From NCBI GenBank assembly GCA_014360895.1, contig JACIWQ010000003.1, forward strand, positions 1 through 61,057: a stretch of 61,057 bases of DNA, read 5' to 3'. Shown here piece by piece: positions 17,736-26,488 of this stretch (position 1 is its first letter; each line of letters starts with the position of its first letter). The position numbers and the translations under genes were made by a program. The notes under the pieces are model-generated. The model was not told where the DNA came from and made no database searches. It worked only from the letters and a program-made list of their open reading frames with translations. This DNA comes from Thermoflexales bacterium. GTDB taxonomy: Bacteria; Chloroflexota; Anaerolineae; B4-G1; DUEL01.

Positions 17736-17741
17736 GCGCCG

Positions 17742-19232
17742 ATGATGACGGCGGAGGAGTACATAGAGAGCCTGCGGCAACTGGGGCCGCGCACCATTTA
17801 CCTCTTCGGGGAGCGGGTGGAGCATCCGGTGGACCATCCCCTCATTCGCCCCTCTGTCAACGCCTGTGCCATGACCTACCGCGTGGCGGAAATCCCCCAG
17901 TACCAGGACCTGACCACCGCCACCTCGGCGCTTTCGGGCCGCCGGGTTAACCGTTTCGTCCACCTCCATCAGAGCCCGGAGGACCTGGTCAAAAAAGTAA
18001 AGATGCAACGGCTTCTGGGACGGTTGACCGGGACCTGCTTCCAGCGCTGCGTCGGTCTGGACGCGCTGAACGCCGTCTGGAGCACCACGTATGAGATAGA
18101 CCAGAAATACGGCACCTCCTACCACGAACGCTTCCGGCGGTTCGTCCTGGAGTGGGAGGAAAGGGACTGGACGGTGGACGGGGCGATGACGGACCCCAAA
18201 GGGAACCGGGCGCTGGGCCCTTCGGCCCAGGCCGACCCCGACCTCTACGTCCATGTTGTGGAGCGCCGGGCCGATGGCATCGTCGTCCGGGGAGCTAAAG
18301 TCCATCAGACGGGGCTGTTGAATTCCCACCAGATTCTGGTGATGCCCACGCTGGCCCTGAAGCCGGAGGATGCGGACTACGCCGTCTGCTTCGCCGTCCC
18401 CGCCGACGACCCCAGCCTCATCTACATCTACGGTCGCCAGTCCTCGGACACCCGGAAACTGGAGCGGAGCCGGGTGGACATGGGCAACCTCCACTACGGG
18501 GGGCAGGAAGGGGTCATCATCTTCAACGACACCTTCGTCCCTTGGGAGCGGGTCTTCATGTGCGGGGAGACGGAGTTCGCCGGGATGCTGGTGGAGCGGT
18601 TCGCCGCGTACCACCGGCAATCCTACGGGGGGTGCAAGGTGGGAAACGGGGACGTCCTCATCGGCGCGGCGGCGGCCGTGGCGGAGTACCAGGGGGTCGC
18701 GAATGCCAGCCATATCCGGGAGAAACTGACCGAGATGGTTCACCTGAACGAGACCCTCTACGCCTGCGGCATCGCCTGCTCCGCTGAGGGCGTCCGAACC
18801 CCGGCGGGCAACTATCTGGTGGACGTCCTTCTGGCCAACGTCTGCAAGCAGAATGTGACCCGGTTCCCGTACGAGATCGCGCGGCTGGCGCAGGACATTG
18901 CGGGGGGCCTGCTGGGGACGATGCCGTCGGATGCAGACTTCGCTTCCGATGAGGTGGGGCCGTGGTGCCGCAAGTACCTGGCCCCGGCGGCCCCTTTCCC
19001 GCCGGAGCACCGCCAGCGGATGTTGCGGCTAATAGAGGCGATGACGATGGGCTCCCTGGCGGTGGGGTATCTGGTGGAGTCCATGCACGGGGCGGGCTCT
19101 CCGCAGACCCAGCGCATCGTCATCCAGCGCTATGCGGACCTGGAGGGGAAGAAAGCGCTGGCCCGCCGCCTCTGCGGGATCGGCCCGGATGACCTGTTGC
19201 CGGAGGGGGAGCGGGCACAGGACGCGGAATAA
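17742..19232 (+). CDS. 4-hydroxybutyryl-CoA dehydratase / 4-hydroxyphenylacetate 3-hydroxylase (AbfD/HpaB) family protein
   Basis: MMTAEEYIESLR...IYLFGERVEHPVDHP, GTCFQRCVG (C-x3-C as in AbfD Fe-S ligands), MTDPKG.R. AGGAGG lies 6 nt upstream of the ATG at 17742. Confidence 0.75.
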   Translation: MMTAEEYIESLRQLGPRTIYLFGERVEHPVDHPLIRPSVNACAMTYRVAEIPQYQDLTTATSALSGRRVNRFVHLHQSPEDLVKKVKMQRLLGRLTGTCFQRCVGLDALNAVWSTTYEIDQKYGTSYHERFRRFVLEWEERDWTVDGAMTDPKGNRALGPSAQADPDLYVHVVERRADGIVVRGAKVHQTGLLNSHQILVMPTLALKPEDADYAVCFAVPADDPSLIYIYGRQSSDTRKLERSRVDMGNLHYGGQEGVIIFNDTFVPWERVFMCGETEFAGMLVERFAAYHRQSYGGCKVGNGDVLIGAAAAVAEYQGVANASHIREKLTEMVHLNETLYACGIACSAEGVRTPAGNYLVDVLLANVCKQNVTRFPYEIARLAQDIAGGLLGTMPSDADFASDEVGPWCRKYLAPAAPFPPEHRQRMLRLIEAMTMGSLAVGYLVESMHGAGSPQTQRIVIQRYADLEGKKALARRLCGIGPDDLLPEGERAQDAE

Positions 19233-19303
19233 TCTTGCGCCACCGATCTTCCACCTGCGCAAAGTCCGGCTCTCTTCCGGGCTGATGGCCTCACCTTCAC
19301 CTC

Positions 19304-19332
19304 TTGACAAATCTCCTCACCTGTAGTATACT
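19304..19332 (+). promoter_or_regulatory. Sigma70-like promoter of padR-ABC operon
   Basis: TTGACA (19304-19309), 17 nt spacer, TATACT (19327-19332). Confidence 0.5.
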
Positions 19333-19368
19333 TTCCCCAAACCTAATCACTCGTAGACTAATTTTCCT

Positions 19369-19959
19369 ATGTCTGTCCGATATGCCCTTCTGGGACTTCT
19401 GGCCCAGCAGCCGCGCCATGGCTACGAACTGCGCGCGGCCTTTGAGGCGCTGGTCGGCGGGCGGGATACGTGGGAGGTCAAGCCCGGCCAGGTCTACGCC
19501 ACCCTGGAACGGCTGGAGGAGGCAGGGCTCATCGCCGAGGTCGGCGTGGAGAAGGAGGGAGGGCCGGAGAAGCGCATCTACGCCCTCACCCCCGCCGGCC
19601 GTGAGGCCCTCCAGGAGTGGTTCCATACAGGCGTCGTCGGCGACCACCACCGGGACGAGTTCTTCGTCAAACTGATGGTCGGCCTGCTGGTGGAGGGTAC
19701 CGACCTGCATCGTCTCATCCAGGTCCAGCGCAACACCCTCTACCAGGAACTGCACCGATTCACCCGCCAGCGGATGGAGGCTGACTCTCAGACCGAACTG
19801 GCCTATGTGCTCTTCCTGGACAAAGTGGTCATGCACCTGGAGGCCGACCTGCGCTGGCTGGACATGGTGGAGGCCCGCCTGGAGGAGATTCAGCGCCAGC
19901 CAACCCCGCAACCGGAGCCGAAACCCCGGGGGAGGCCGAGGGCGAAACGTGAAGCGTGA
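19369..19959 (+). CDS. PadR family transcriptional regulator
   Basis: YALLGLLAQQPRHGYELRAAFE...GQVYATLERLEEAGLI winged-helix signature with a C-terminal PadR_C-type helical domain. Confidence 0.9.
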   Translation: MSVRYALLGLLAQQPRHGYELRAAFEALVGGRDTWEVKPGQVYATLERLEEAGLIAEVGVEKEGGPEKRIYALTPAGREALQEWFHTGVVGDHHRDEFFVKLMVGLLVEGTDLHRLIQVQRNTLYQELHRFTRQRMEADSQTELAYVLFLDKVVMHLEADLRWLDMVEARLEEIQRQPTPQPEPKPRGRPRAKREA

Positions 19960-20024
19960 AACGTGAAGCGTGAAACGTGAAGCGTGAAGCGTGAAACGTG
20001 AAACGTGAAAAGGGAAGCGTGAAA
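19948..20024. repeat. Heptamer tandem repeat CGTGAA(A/G), nine consecutive units plus one more
   Basis: Units at 19948, 19955, ... 20004 (9 x 7 nt), then agggaag, then cgtgaaa at 20018. The padR stop TGA (19957-19959) lies inside the second unit. Confidence 0.85.
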
Positions 20025-20064
20025 GGGAGATATATTGATCCTACAACCTGAAAGGAGACAAATC

Positions 20065-20802
20065 ATGCCCATCATCCAAACCGAAAACCTGACCAAAATC
20101 TACGGCACCGGCGAGACCGCCGTCGTCGCCCTGGACCACATCAACATGGCCGTGGAGAAGGGGGAGTTCCTGGCCGTGATGGGGCCCAGCGGCTGCGGCA
20201 AGTCCACCCTCCTGCACCTCGTCGGCGGGCTGGACCGACCCACCGAGGGGCGGGTCCTGCTGGACGGCCGGGACCTGACGGCACTGGAGGACGATAACCT
20301 GGCCGCGCTCCGCCGCCGGCGCATCGGCTTCGTCTTCCAGTTCTACAACCTCATCCCGGTGCTGACCGCGCTGGAGAACGCCGCGCTGCCGCTCCTGCTG
20401 GACGGGGTCAGACCCGCCGAGGCCCACCGGCATGCGGCGGAGTGGCTCCAGCGCCTGGGAATGGGCGACCGGCTCCACCACCGCCCGGACCAACTCTCCG
20501 GCGGGCAGCAGCAGCGGGTGGCCATCGCCCGCGCCCTGGTCGCCGAGCCCGACCTCATCCTGGCCGACGAGCCCACCGGCAACCTGGATTCCCGCGCCGG
20601 GGACGAGATCGCGGCCCTCCTGCGCCGCATCTCCTCGGAGTGGGGCCGTACAATCCTGCTGGTCACCCACGACCCGCGCATCGCCGCCCACGCCGACCGC
20701 ATCCTCTTCATGAAGGACGGGCGCATCATAGACGAGACGCGCCTGGCCGGAACCGGCGAGGAGCAGGCCCAGGCCCTCCGGGAGCGGATGGAGACGCTTT
20801 AG
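20065..20802 (+). CDS. ABC transporter ATP-binding protein (MacB/LolD type)
   Basis: [44 protein letters not shown] lies 8 nt before the ATG at 20065. Confidence 0.92.
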   Translation: MPIIQTENLTKIYGTGETAVVALDHINMAVEKGEFLAVMGPSGCGKSTLLHLVGGLDRPTEGRVLLDGRDLTALEDDNLAALRRRRIGFVFQFYNLIPVLTALENAALPLLLDGVRPAEAHRHAAEWLQRLGMGDRLHHRPDQLSGGQQQRVAIARALVAEPDLILADEPTGNLDSRAGDEIAALLRRISSEWGRTILLVTHDPRIAAHADRILFMKDGRIIDETRLAGTGEEQAQALRERMETL

Positions 20803-20852
20803 GTTTACCACGTGTCTTCGTGCCTTGGTGGTTTCTCCATAAGGAGGATACG

Positions 20853-23378
20853 ATGCGGGTACAGTTGATGATGGCTCTGCGGTACCTGCGCGGGCGGAAA
20901 CTCCGCACCGCGCTGACGACGATGGCGGTGGTCTTCGGCGTGGCCGTTCTCTTCGGGATGAACGCCCTCCTGCCCACCATGCTCCAGGCCTTCCGCCAGA
21001 CGGTTATGGCGGCCACCGGCAAGGTGGACCTGATGTTCACCAGCGTGACCGATGGCCCCTTCCCCGCCGACCGGGTGGAGATCATCCAGGGGATGGAAGG
21101 GATCGCTGAAGTGACTGGCTCCCTGCGCCGCAACATTCTGCTCCCGCCCGATATGGCGAGCCAGGCCGGGCTGAACGCGGTCACCCTGGTGGGGGTGGAC
21201 CCGGAGGTCGCGGCGCGCATGCGCCACTACCCGCTCAAAGAGGGCCGGTTTCTCGCCGCCGACGACGGGGACGCGGTCGTCGTCTCCAAAGGGCTGGCGG
21301 AGAAACTGGGCCTTGCCCCTGGGAGCACACTGACGCTTCCTTCGGCGAAGGGCACCACCGATTTTGAGGTGGTGGGCATCCTGAATGTGCCCTCTATCCC
21401 CGGTGTGGAGGAGGTCTACGTCCCGCTTCCGGCGGCCCAGCGACTGCTGGAGATGCCCGGGCAGATCAACGTCATAGAGGCAACGGTGAAGCCGGGGGTG
21501 GACCGGGACGAAGTGGAAAAGGCCGCGCTGGCCGCGCTGGGCGACCTCTTCAAGGCCGAGCCGCCGGAGGTCGGGGAGGAACTGATCGCCAGCCTGGAGA
21601 TGGGCGAGATCGCCTTTGCCCTCTTCGGCGTGATGGCGCTGGCCATTGGCGCATTCATCATCCTGAACACCTTCCGCACCGTCGTCGTGGAGCGGCGGCA
21701 CGACCTGGGGATGCTCCGGGCCGTGGGCGCGTCCCGCCGCGCCGTCGTCGGCCTCATCCTGGCGGAGAGCCTGCTCCAGGGGGTTCTGGGGACGGCCGCG
21801 GGGCTGGCCGCCGGATACGGCCTGGCCTGGGTGCTCCTGCTCTCGGTCAAGTCGGTGATGCAGCAGTACCTGCGGATGGAAGCGATCGCGCCGATTATCA
21901 CCCTGCCCAACCTGATGACCGCCGTGGTCCTGGGGCTGGGGGCGACGCTGGCAGGGGGCCTGTGGCCCGCGCTGGCCGCCGGGCGGGTGACGCCCGTGGA
22001 GGCGCTGCGGCCCGTGGTCCCCGGCGCCTACGAGCGCGCGGCCCGGCGGCGCGGCACCGTCGGGGCCGTGCTGGTCGTCCTGGCGGCGCTGGCCCTGCTG
22101 ACCGGCAACTTCAACCTGGCCGCGCTGGGCACGCTCCTCTTCCTGGTCGGGCTGGTGCTGGTGGCGCCGGTCCTGGTGAGCCCTCTCTCCCGCCTCTTCG
22201 GGCGGCTGCTGGCGCTGATCTTCGCTCGCGAGGGACGGCTGGCGGAGGGGAACCTGGCCCGTCAGCCCAACCGGGCCGCCATCACCGCCTCCGCGCTGAT
22301 GGTGGGCCTGGCGATGATCCTGGCCCTGGCCGGGATCGTCACTTCCACCTTTGACGGCTTCATGAGTTACATTGACCACTCCCTGCGGGCCGACTTCTTG
22401 CTGATGCCCGCGTCGCTGGTGCTGGGCGGCGGGAACGTCGGGGCGGGGCCGGAGTTGGTGGAGGAGATTCGGGCTGTGCCCGGCGTGGCCGGCGCCACGA
22501 CGCTCCGGCTGGCGACGGCCGCGGTGGACGGCCTGACGGTGCAGGTGGTCGGTGTGGACCCCGAGACCTACCCGCAACTCTCGGGCCTGGTCTTCCGCTA
22601 CGGCGATTCGGAGGAGGCCTTCGCGGCGCTGGGCCGGGAGCGGGCGATGATCGTCAACGGTGTCTTCGCTGCCCAACGGCGGGTCAAGGTCGGGGACGTC
22701 CTGACCCTCCAGACGCCGGAGGGGAAGCGGGAGTACCGGGTGGTCGGCGTCGGCTCCGACTACCTGAACGCCAAACTGGTCACCGCCTACATCTCCCAGG
22801 CCAACCTGGAGCGGGACTTCCACCAGACGGCGGACCTGCTGGTGATGGTGGAGGCAGCGGACGACGCCGATATGGCCGCGGTCCAGGCCCGGCTGGAGGA
22901 GATTGTCCGGAAGTACCCGTCCTTCGTCCTGACGGAGTGGCGGTCGTTCCGGGAGGAGCAGGAGCGGGTCTTCGGGCAGAGCGTCTCCCTGTTCAACGTG
23001 ATCGGGGTGATGTTCGCCCTGCCGTCGCTGCTGGCGATGGTGAACACGCTGACCATCAACGTGATGGAGCGGACGCGCGAGATCGGCGTCCTGCGGGCGG
23101 TGGGGAGCACGCGGCGGCAGGTGCGGCGGATGGTGATCGCGGAGAGCTTGCTCCTGGGCGCGCTGGGGACGGCCTTCGGGATTCTGGCAGGCCTCTGGCT
23201 GGGGTACGTGTTGGTGGCCGGGATGAACGTGAGCGGCTTTGTGATCCCGTACTACTTCCCGTACACAGGCGTTCTGGTCGCGGTGGCGGTGGGGCTGCTC
23301 ATCGGCGTGGGTGCGGCGGTGTTGCCGGCCCGCCGGGCGGCGCGGCTGGACGTGGTGGCGGCCCTGCGGTATGAGTGA
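20853..23378 (+). CDS. ABC transporter permease, FtsX/MacB-like with two FtsX domains
   Basis: [22 protein letters not shown] start, two copies of the FtsX 4-TM module with large extracytoplasmic domains. AAGGAGG lies before the ATG at 20853; the track ORF is extended upstream over the ATPase gene. Confidence 0.9.
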   Translation: MRVQLMMALRYLRGRKLRTALTTMAVVFGVAVLFGMNALLPTMLQAFRQTVMAATGKVDLMFTSVTDGPFPADRVEIIQGMEGIAEVTGSLRRNILLPPDMASQAGLNAVTLVGVDPEVAARMRHYPLKEGRFLAADDGDAVVVSKGLAEKLGLAPGSTLTLPSAKGTTDFEVVGILNVPSIPGVEEVYVPLPAAQRLLEMPGQINVIEATVKPGVDRDEVEKAALAALGDLFKAEPPEVGEELIASLEMGEIAFALFGVMALAIGAFIILNTFRTVVVERRHDLGMLRAVGASRRAVVGLILAESLLQGVLGTAAGLAAGYGLAWVLLLSVKSVMQQYLRMEAIAPIITLPNLMTAVVLGLGATLAGGLWPALAAGRVTPVEALRPVVPGAYERAARRRGTVGAVLVVLAALALLTGNFNLAALGTLLFLVGLVLVAPVLVSPLSRLFGRLLALIFAREGRLAEGNLARQPNRAAITASALMVGLAMILALAGIVTSTFDGFMSYIDHSLRADFLLMPASLVLGGGNVGAGPELVEEIRAVPGVAGATTLRLATAAVDGLTVQVVGVDPETYPQLSGLVFRYGDSEEAFAALGRERAMIVNGVFAAQRRVKVGDVLTLQTPEGKREYRVVGVGSDYLNAKLVTAYISQANLERDFHQTADLLVMVEAADDADMAAVQARLEEIVRKYPSFVLTEWRSFREEQERVFGQSVSLFNVIGVMFALPSLLAMVNTLTINVMERTREIGVLRAVGSTRRQVRRMVIAESLLLGALGTAFGILAGLWLGYVLVAGMNVSGFVIPYYFPYTGVLVAVAVGLLIGVGAAVLPARRAARLDVVAALRYE

Positions 23379-23500
23379 GGGGGAAGGCCGGATAGGGCGA
23401 TTTGGGCCCGCGCCGCGAAAGAGAGCCAACCTGCGCCAACCCGGTCGCGAAGGGGGTGAAGCAACCTGGCCGGAGGCCCGGACGGGTCGCCGCAACGTCT

Positions 23501-24286
23501 CTACGGCGTCTCTCCTCTGAGGAAGCACAAAATTCCATCCACAATCCCCTGAGCGATCAGGTCCTGTTGGTTCAGGAGAATATCCCGGTCGGCCAGGAGA
23601 AAACCAATCTCTATGATGGCGCCCGGAGTGGCAGGATCAACCTCGTAGAAAGTGTGGTACTGGGTCATATCGGGGGTGACGCTGCCCTCATGGAAAGGCA
23701 GGCCGGTACGGGCTCCGTAGCGGCTGATCAGACAGGCTACCAGACGGTCCTCCACACTGGGGATGGCGCTCTCTTCCACGCGGGCCACTTTGAAACCGGA
23801 GGCTTCGGGGTAAAGGCAAGCGTCCGCATGGATGGAGACCAGGGCCCGGGCCCGGTAGCCCTCCAGCCGGGGGTCAAACTCCTCCAGCAGGTCGGTGGGG
23901 TATCCGGCAGCTTCCAACCCCTTCACAACCCGCCAGGCGACGGCCAGATTCACGTCCACTTCCCGGAGCCAGCCGTCGCAGATGGCGCCGGTATCGTTCC
24001 CCCAGTGGCCGGCCACAATGCCGATGGGCAGCACCGCTGGCGTACCGGGAAGGGGCGTCGGCCGGGGGGAAGGAGTGGGAAATGGAGTAGAGGTCAGCGG
24101 GAAGTAACCAGGCGACGGAGTGACGGGAGGAGGGTTGGCAGGATGTTCCGCGCCGACGTTCAGCCCGATACGGATGAGGACCAGGAGAGCAGTTCCTAGG
24201 ACCACCAGCACCAGCAGGCGCGGCGCGCCGGAGGCGGCTGGCGGCCTCTCCCGGGACTCCAGCGGGCGGGCCATCTGGCGGGACAT
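23501..24286 (-). CDS. N-acetylmuramoyl-L-alanine amidase (Amidase_3)
   Basis: GIVAGHWGNDTGA, VSIHADA, EIGFL. TM anchor plus Pro-rich linker. I use the ATG at 24284-24286 (MSRQMARPL...); the longer track ORF would run through a heptamer repeat and overlap the upstream gene. Confidence 0.85.
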   Translation of the reverse strand: MSRQMARPLESRERPPAASGAPRLLVLVVLGTALLVLIRIGLNVGAEHPANPPPVTPSPGYFPLTSTPFPTPSPRPTPLPGTPAVLPIGIVAGHWGNDTGAICDGWLREVDVNLAVAWRVVKGLEAAGYPTDLLEEFDPRLEGYRARALVSIHADACLYPEASGFKVARVEESAIPSVEDRLVACLISRYGARTGLPFHEGSVTPDMTQYHTFYEVDPATPGAIIEIGFLLADRDILLNQQDLIAQGIVDGILCFLRGETP

Positions 24287-24375
24287 GGCAGGACGTAGAG
24301 CACAGGTCGCAGAGTGCAACCCGCAACTAACGATAAGCGACGAGCGATGAGCGATACGCGATATGCGATACGCGC

Positions 24376-24900
24376 TTACCGACTCTCTTCCACACAAAAC
24401 GCGCCGATGTGGCGCTTGTTGACCAGGATGCCCCCGGCGTTGAAGACGATGTCGGGCCGAATGGAACCGCGCACCCGGCCGTCCAGAACTACCAGGAAAT
24501 CCTCCGTATCCGTCACCAGCAGCCGTCGCATGTCCACCCGGGCGGAGAGGCGCAGGTAGCCGCTGACCTCAAACGTGGGAACGGTCAGAAAGATGTTGTA
24601 GAGATACGCGCCCGTGTAACTGCCGTAGGCCTGCTTGCGGGGCAGCGCGTCCTCCTGGCGGGCCACCAGTGCCAGGGTCAGGTTCGCCTTGGCCAGCGTG
24701 GAGGCGGGGTAGGAGGCGAGAATCTCGCCCGGCCGGTCAATCGGGGAGATATAGGCATCTTCCAGTTGGAGAAACGCCGTTGTCCGGTCGTTCAGCATCT
24801 CAAAGAGGCCGTAACGGCGCACGTCCAGATGCCCGGAGATCCGGTAACTCTGGGTGAAAAAATCCACCACCAGCCAGCCGACCTGTCGGATTTCCTCCAT
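24376..24900 (-). CDS. Hypothetical protein with an internal two-fold duplication
   Basis: 174 aa. The halves align: SYRISGHLDV...LNDRTTAFLQLEDA versus TFEVSGYLRL...LVTDTEDFLVVLDG. I recognise no family. Confidence 0.5.
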   Translation of the reverse strand: MEEIRQVGWLVVDFFTQSYRISGHLDVRRYGLFEMLNDRTTAFLQLEDAYISPIDRPGEILASYPASTLAKANLTLALVARQEDALPRKQAYGSYTGAYLYNIFLTVPTFEVSGYLRLSARVDMRRLLVTDTEDFLVVLDGRVRGSIRPDIVFNAGGILVNKRHIGAFCVEESR

Positions 24901-24909
24901 AGTGACTCC

Positions 24910-25860
24910 TTACGTTGACGGCGGACGATACAACACGGAGAGCCACTCCTCCCGCCGATGCCGGTGAGGGCAGCGGGGGCAGAAGGCCAGGGCGGCGGCC
25001 CGCAGTTCCGGGGCCTGCTTCTCCGCGTAGCCGGAGGGACAGTAGGAGCAGGGGATGGCATCGGCCAGCTCTTCCCGCACCCGCTCCAGCGTGGAGAGGA
25101 GGCCCGCCGGGCTGGAAGTGCCCAGGCGGAATCGCTCCGGGGTCCGCAGTTCGGACGTGGGCGCGCCGGCAAAGATGAGCCGCACCGCGTCGGCGGCGGT
25201 CCGAATGCCTCCGGCGGCCTTCACCCCCATCCCGGCCCCCACCGCCTCCCGCATCCGGCGGATGTGCTCCGGCGTGGCGCCGAAGGCCTCCATGCCGGTG
25301 GAGTTCTTCACAAAGTGGGCCCCCGCCTCCTGCGCGATCCGGCAGGCCAGAGTGATGTCCTCGCGGCGGAGTTCGGAGGAGCGAATAATGACTTTGACAA
25401 CTTCCCCATCGGCCGCGTCCACCACGGCGGCCACCTCCCGCCAGGTGTACTCGGGGTCGTCCCGGAGACGGCCTACGTTGATGACCATATCCAGTTCCAC
25501 CCACCCCGGCCCCTCCCGGCGGAGGGCGCGGCTTTCGGCCACGACGCGGGCGGCCTGATGCGCTTTCATTGCGATGGTGGACTTGCCCAGAGGGAAATCC
25601 ACCACGTAGCAATCCTTCACCCCGGTCCCTGCCAGCAACCGGGGCAGAAGGTCCACCTCCACGGGGTTCACACAGACGGAGGCGCAGCGGTAGCGGACGG
25701 CGGTTTCGGCCAGGGAGCGGATTTTCGCTTCCGGCGTGTCGGCCCGCAGGTCGGTCGCGTCTATCAGCGCGGCCAGCCGCTCCGGGGTCAGCCAGCCGAT
25801 GATCTCTTCCAGCGCGTCGGGCGGGAAATCCACCAGTGGCAGCGGCGGCAGTTCGTCCAT
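24910..25860 (-). CDS. deoC: Deoxyribose-phosphate aldolase (DeoC family) with a C-terminal 4-Cys extension
   Basis: ASVCVNP, VVDFPLGKS, ELDMVINVG, VKVIIRSSEL, FVKNSTGM (Schiff-base Lys context), VKAAGGIRT. The tail carries CSYC-x19-CPRC. Confidence 0.8.
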   Translation of the reverse strand: MDELPPLPLVDFPPDALEEIIGWLTPERLAALIDATDLRADTPEAKIRSLAETAVRYRCASVCVNPVEVDLLPRLLAGTGVKDCYVVDFPLGKSTIAMKAHQAARVVAESRALRREGPGWVELDMVINVGRLRDDPEYTWREVAAVVDAADGEVVKVIIRSSELRREDITLACRIAQEAGAHFVKNSTGMEAFGATPEHIRRMREAVGAGMGVKAAGGIRTAADAVRLIFAGAPTSELRTPERFRLGTSSPAGLLSTLERVREELADAIPCSYCPSGYAEKQAPELRAAALAFCPRCPHRHRREEWLSVLYRPPST

Positions 25861-25869
25861 TCGTCCCTC

Positions 25870-26466
25870 CTACTCTTCCCCTGGAGACGGGAAGGAGTGA
25901 TGGGCCACCAGCCCCCAGTGCTGCGGGGGCCAGTAGCAGAGCCAGGCCTTACCGATGATGTTCTTTCGCGGCAACGGCCCCCAGGCGTGGGAGTCGCTGG
26001 AGTTGGCGCGGTTATCACCCAGGACGAAGTACTCATCCGGCCCCAAACTCCAGGCGCCGGTGTACGGGATGCCCGAATTCAGATACGGCTCATCCAGCCG
26101 GTACCCGTTGATCCAGACCGCGCCGTCCCGGATCTCCACCCGTTCCCCCGGCAGGCCGATGATGCGCTTGATGTAATCCTCTCCTGCCCCGTTGGGGGAG
26201 ACGAAGACGACAATGTCCCCGCGCTGGGGTTCGCCGAAGAGGTAACTGATTTTGCTGACGACCAGATACTGTCCATTGTGGAGCGTGGGCTCCATACTGG
26301 AGCCCCGGACGTAGAAGCGGCCTGTCAGCGCATTGATGACCAGATAGATCAGCAGCGCCAGGACAAGGCTTTCCACCATGTCCCGCAGGAAAGAACGGGC
26401 AGGTGACGGCCGCTCCGGTGCTAAGGGGTGCTCAGGTGTTTCCAGTTCGGTCAACGGTGGTTCCAA
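25870..26466 (-). CDS. lepB: Signal peptidase I
   Basis: GSSMEPTL (catalytic Ser), YIKRIIGLPGE (Lys box), GDNRANSSDSH. Confidence 0.92.
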   Translation of the reverse strand: MEPPLTELETPEHPLAPERPSPARSFLRDMVESLVLALLIYLVINALTGRFYVRGSSMEPTLHNGQYLVVSKISYLFGEPQRGDIVVFVSPNGAGEDYIKRIIGLPGERVEIRDGAVWINGYRLDEPYLNSGIPYTGAWSLGPDEYFVLGDNRANSSDSHAWGPLPRKNIIGKAWLCYWPPQHWGLVAHHSFPSPGEE

Positions 26467-26488
26467 CGGCGCCTCCCAGGCCGGTCGT

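Noticed and set aside
17489-17797. 102-aa ORF (…HHEDTKTQRYKENKKIFAPFASFAVLNVHHEDTKI). Similar repeat-derived ORFs lie at 19890-20096 (FHASLFTFHVSRFTLHVSRF…) and 41039-41293 (…SCQSCQSCLSTPQNLVNLVNPVNP…).
   Set aside because: They are simply translations of the intergenic word repeats and therefore internally repetitive. They have no RBS or start context and overlap real gene starts.
20805-23528. 907-aa ORF on the minus strand, the longest ORF in the track.
   Set aside because: It is antisense to the FtsX/MacB permease and ABC ATPase genes, which have clear family motifs. Its translation is Arg/Gly/Pro/His/Gln-rich low-complexity sequence with no recognisable domain. This is a typical high-GC shadow ORF.
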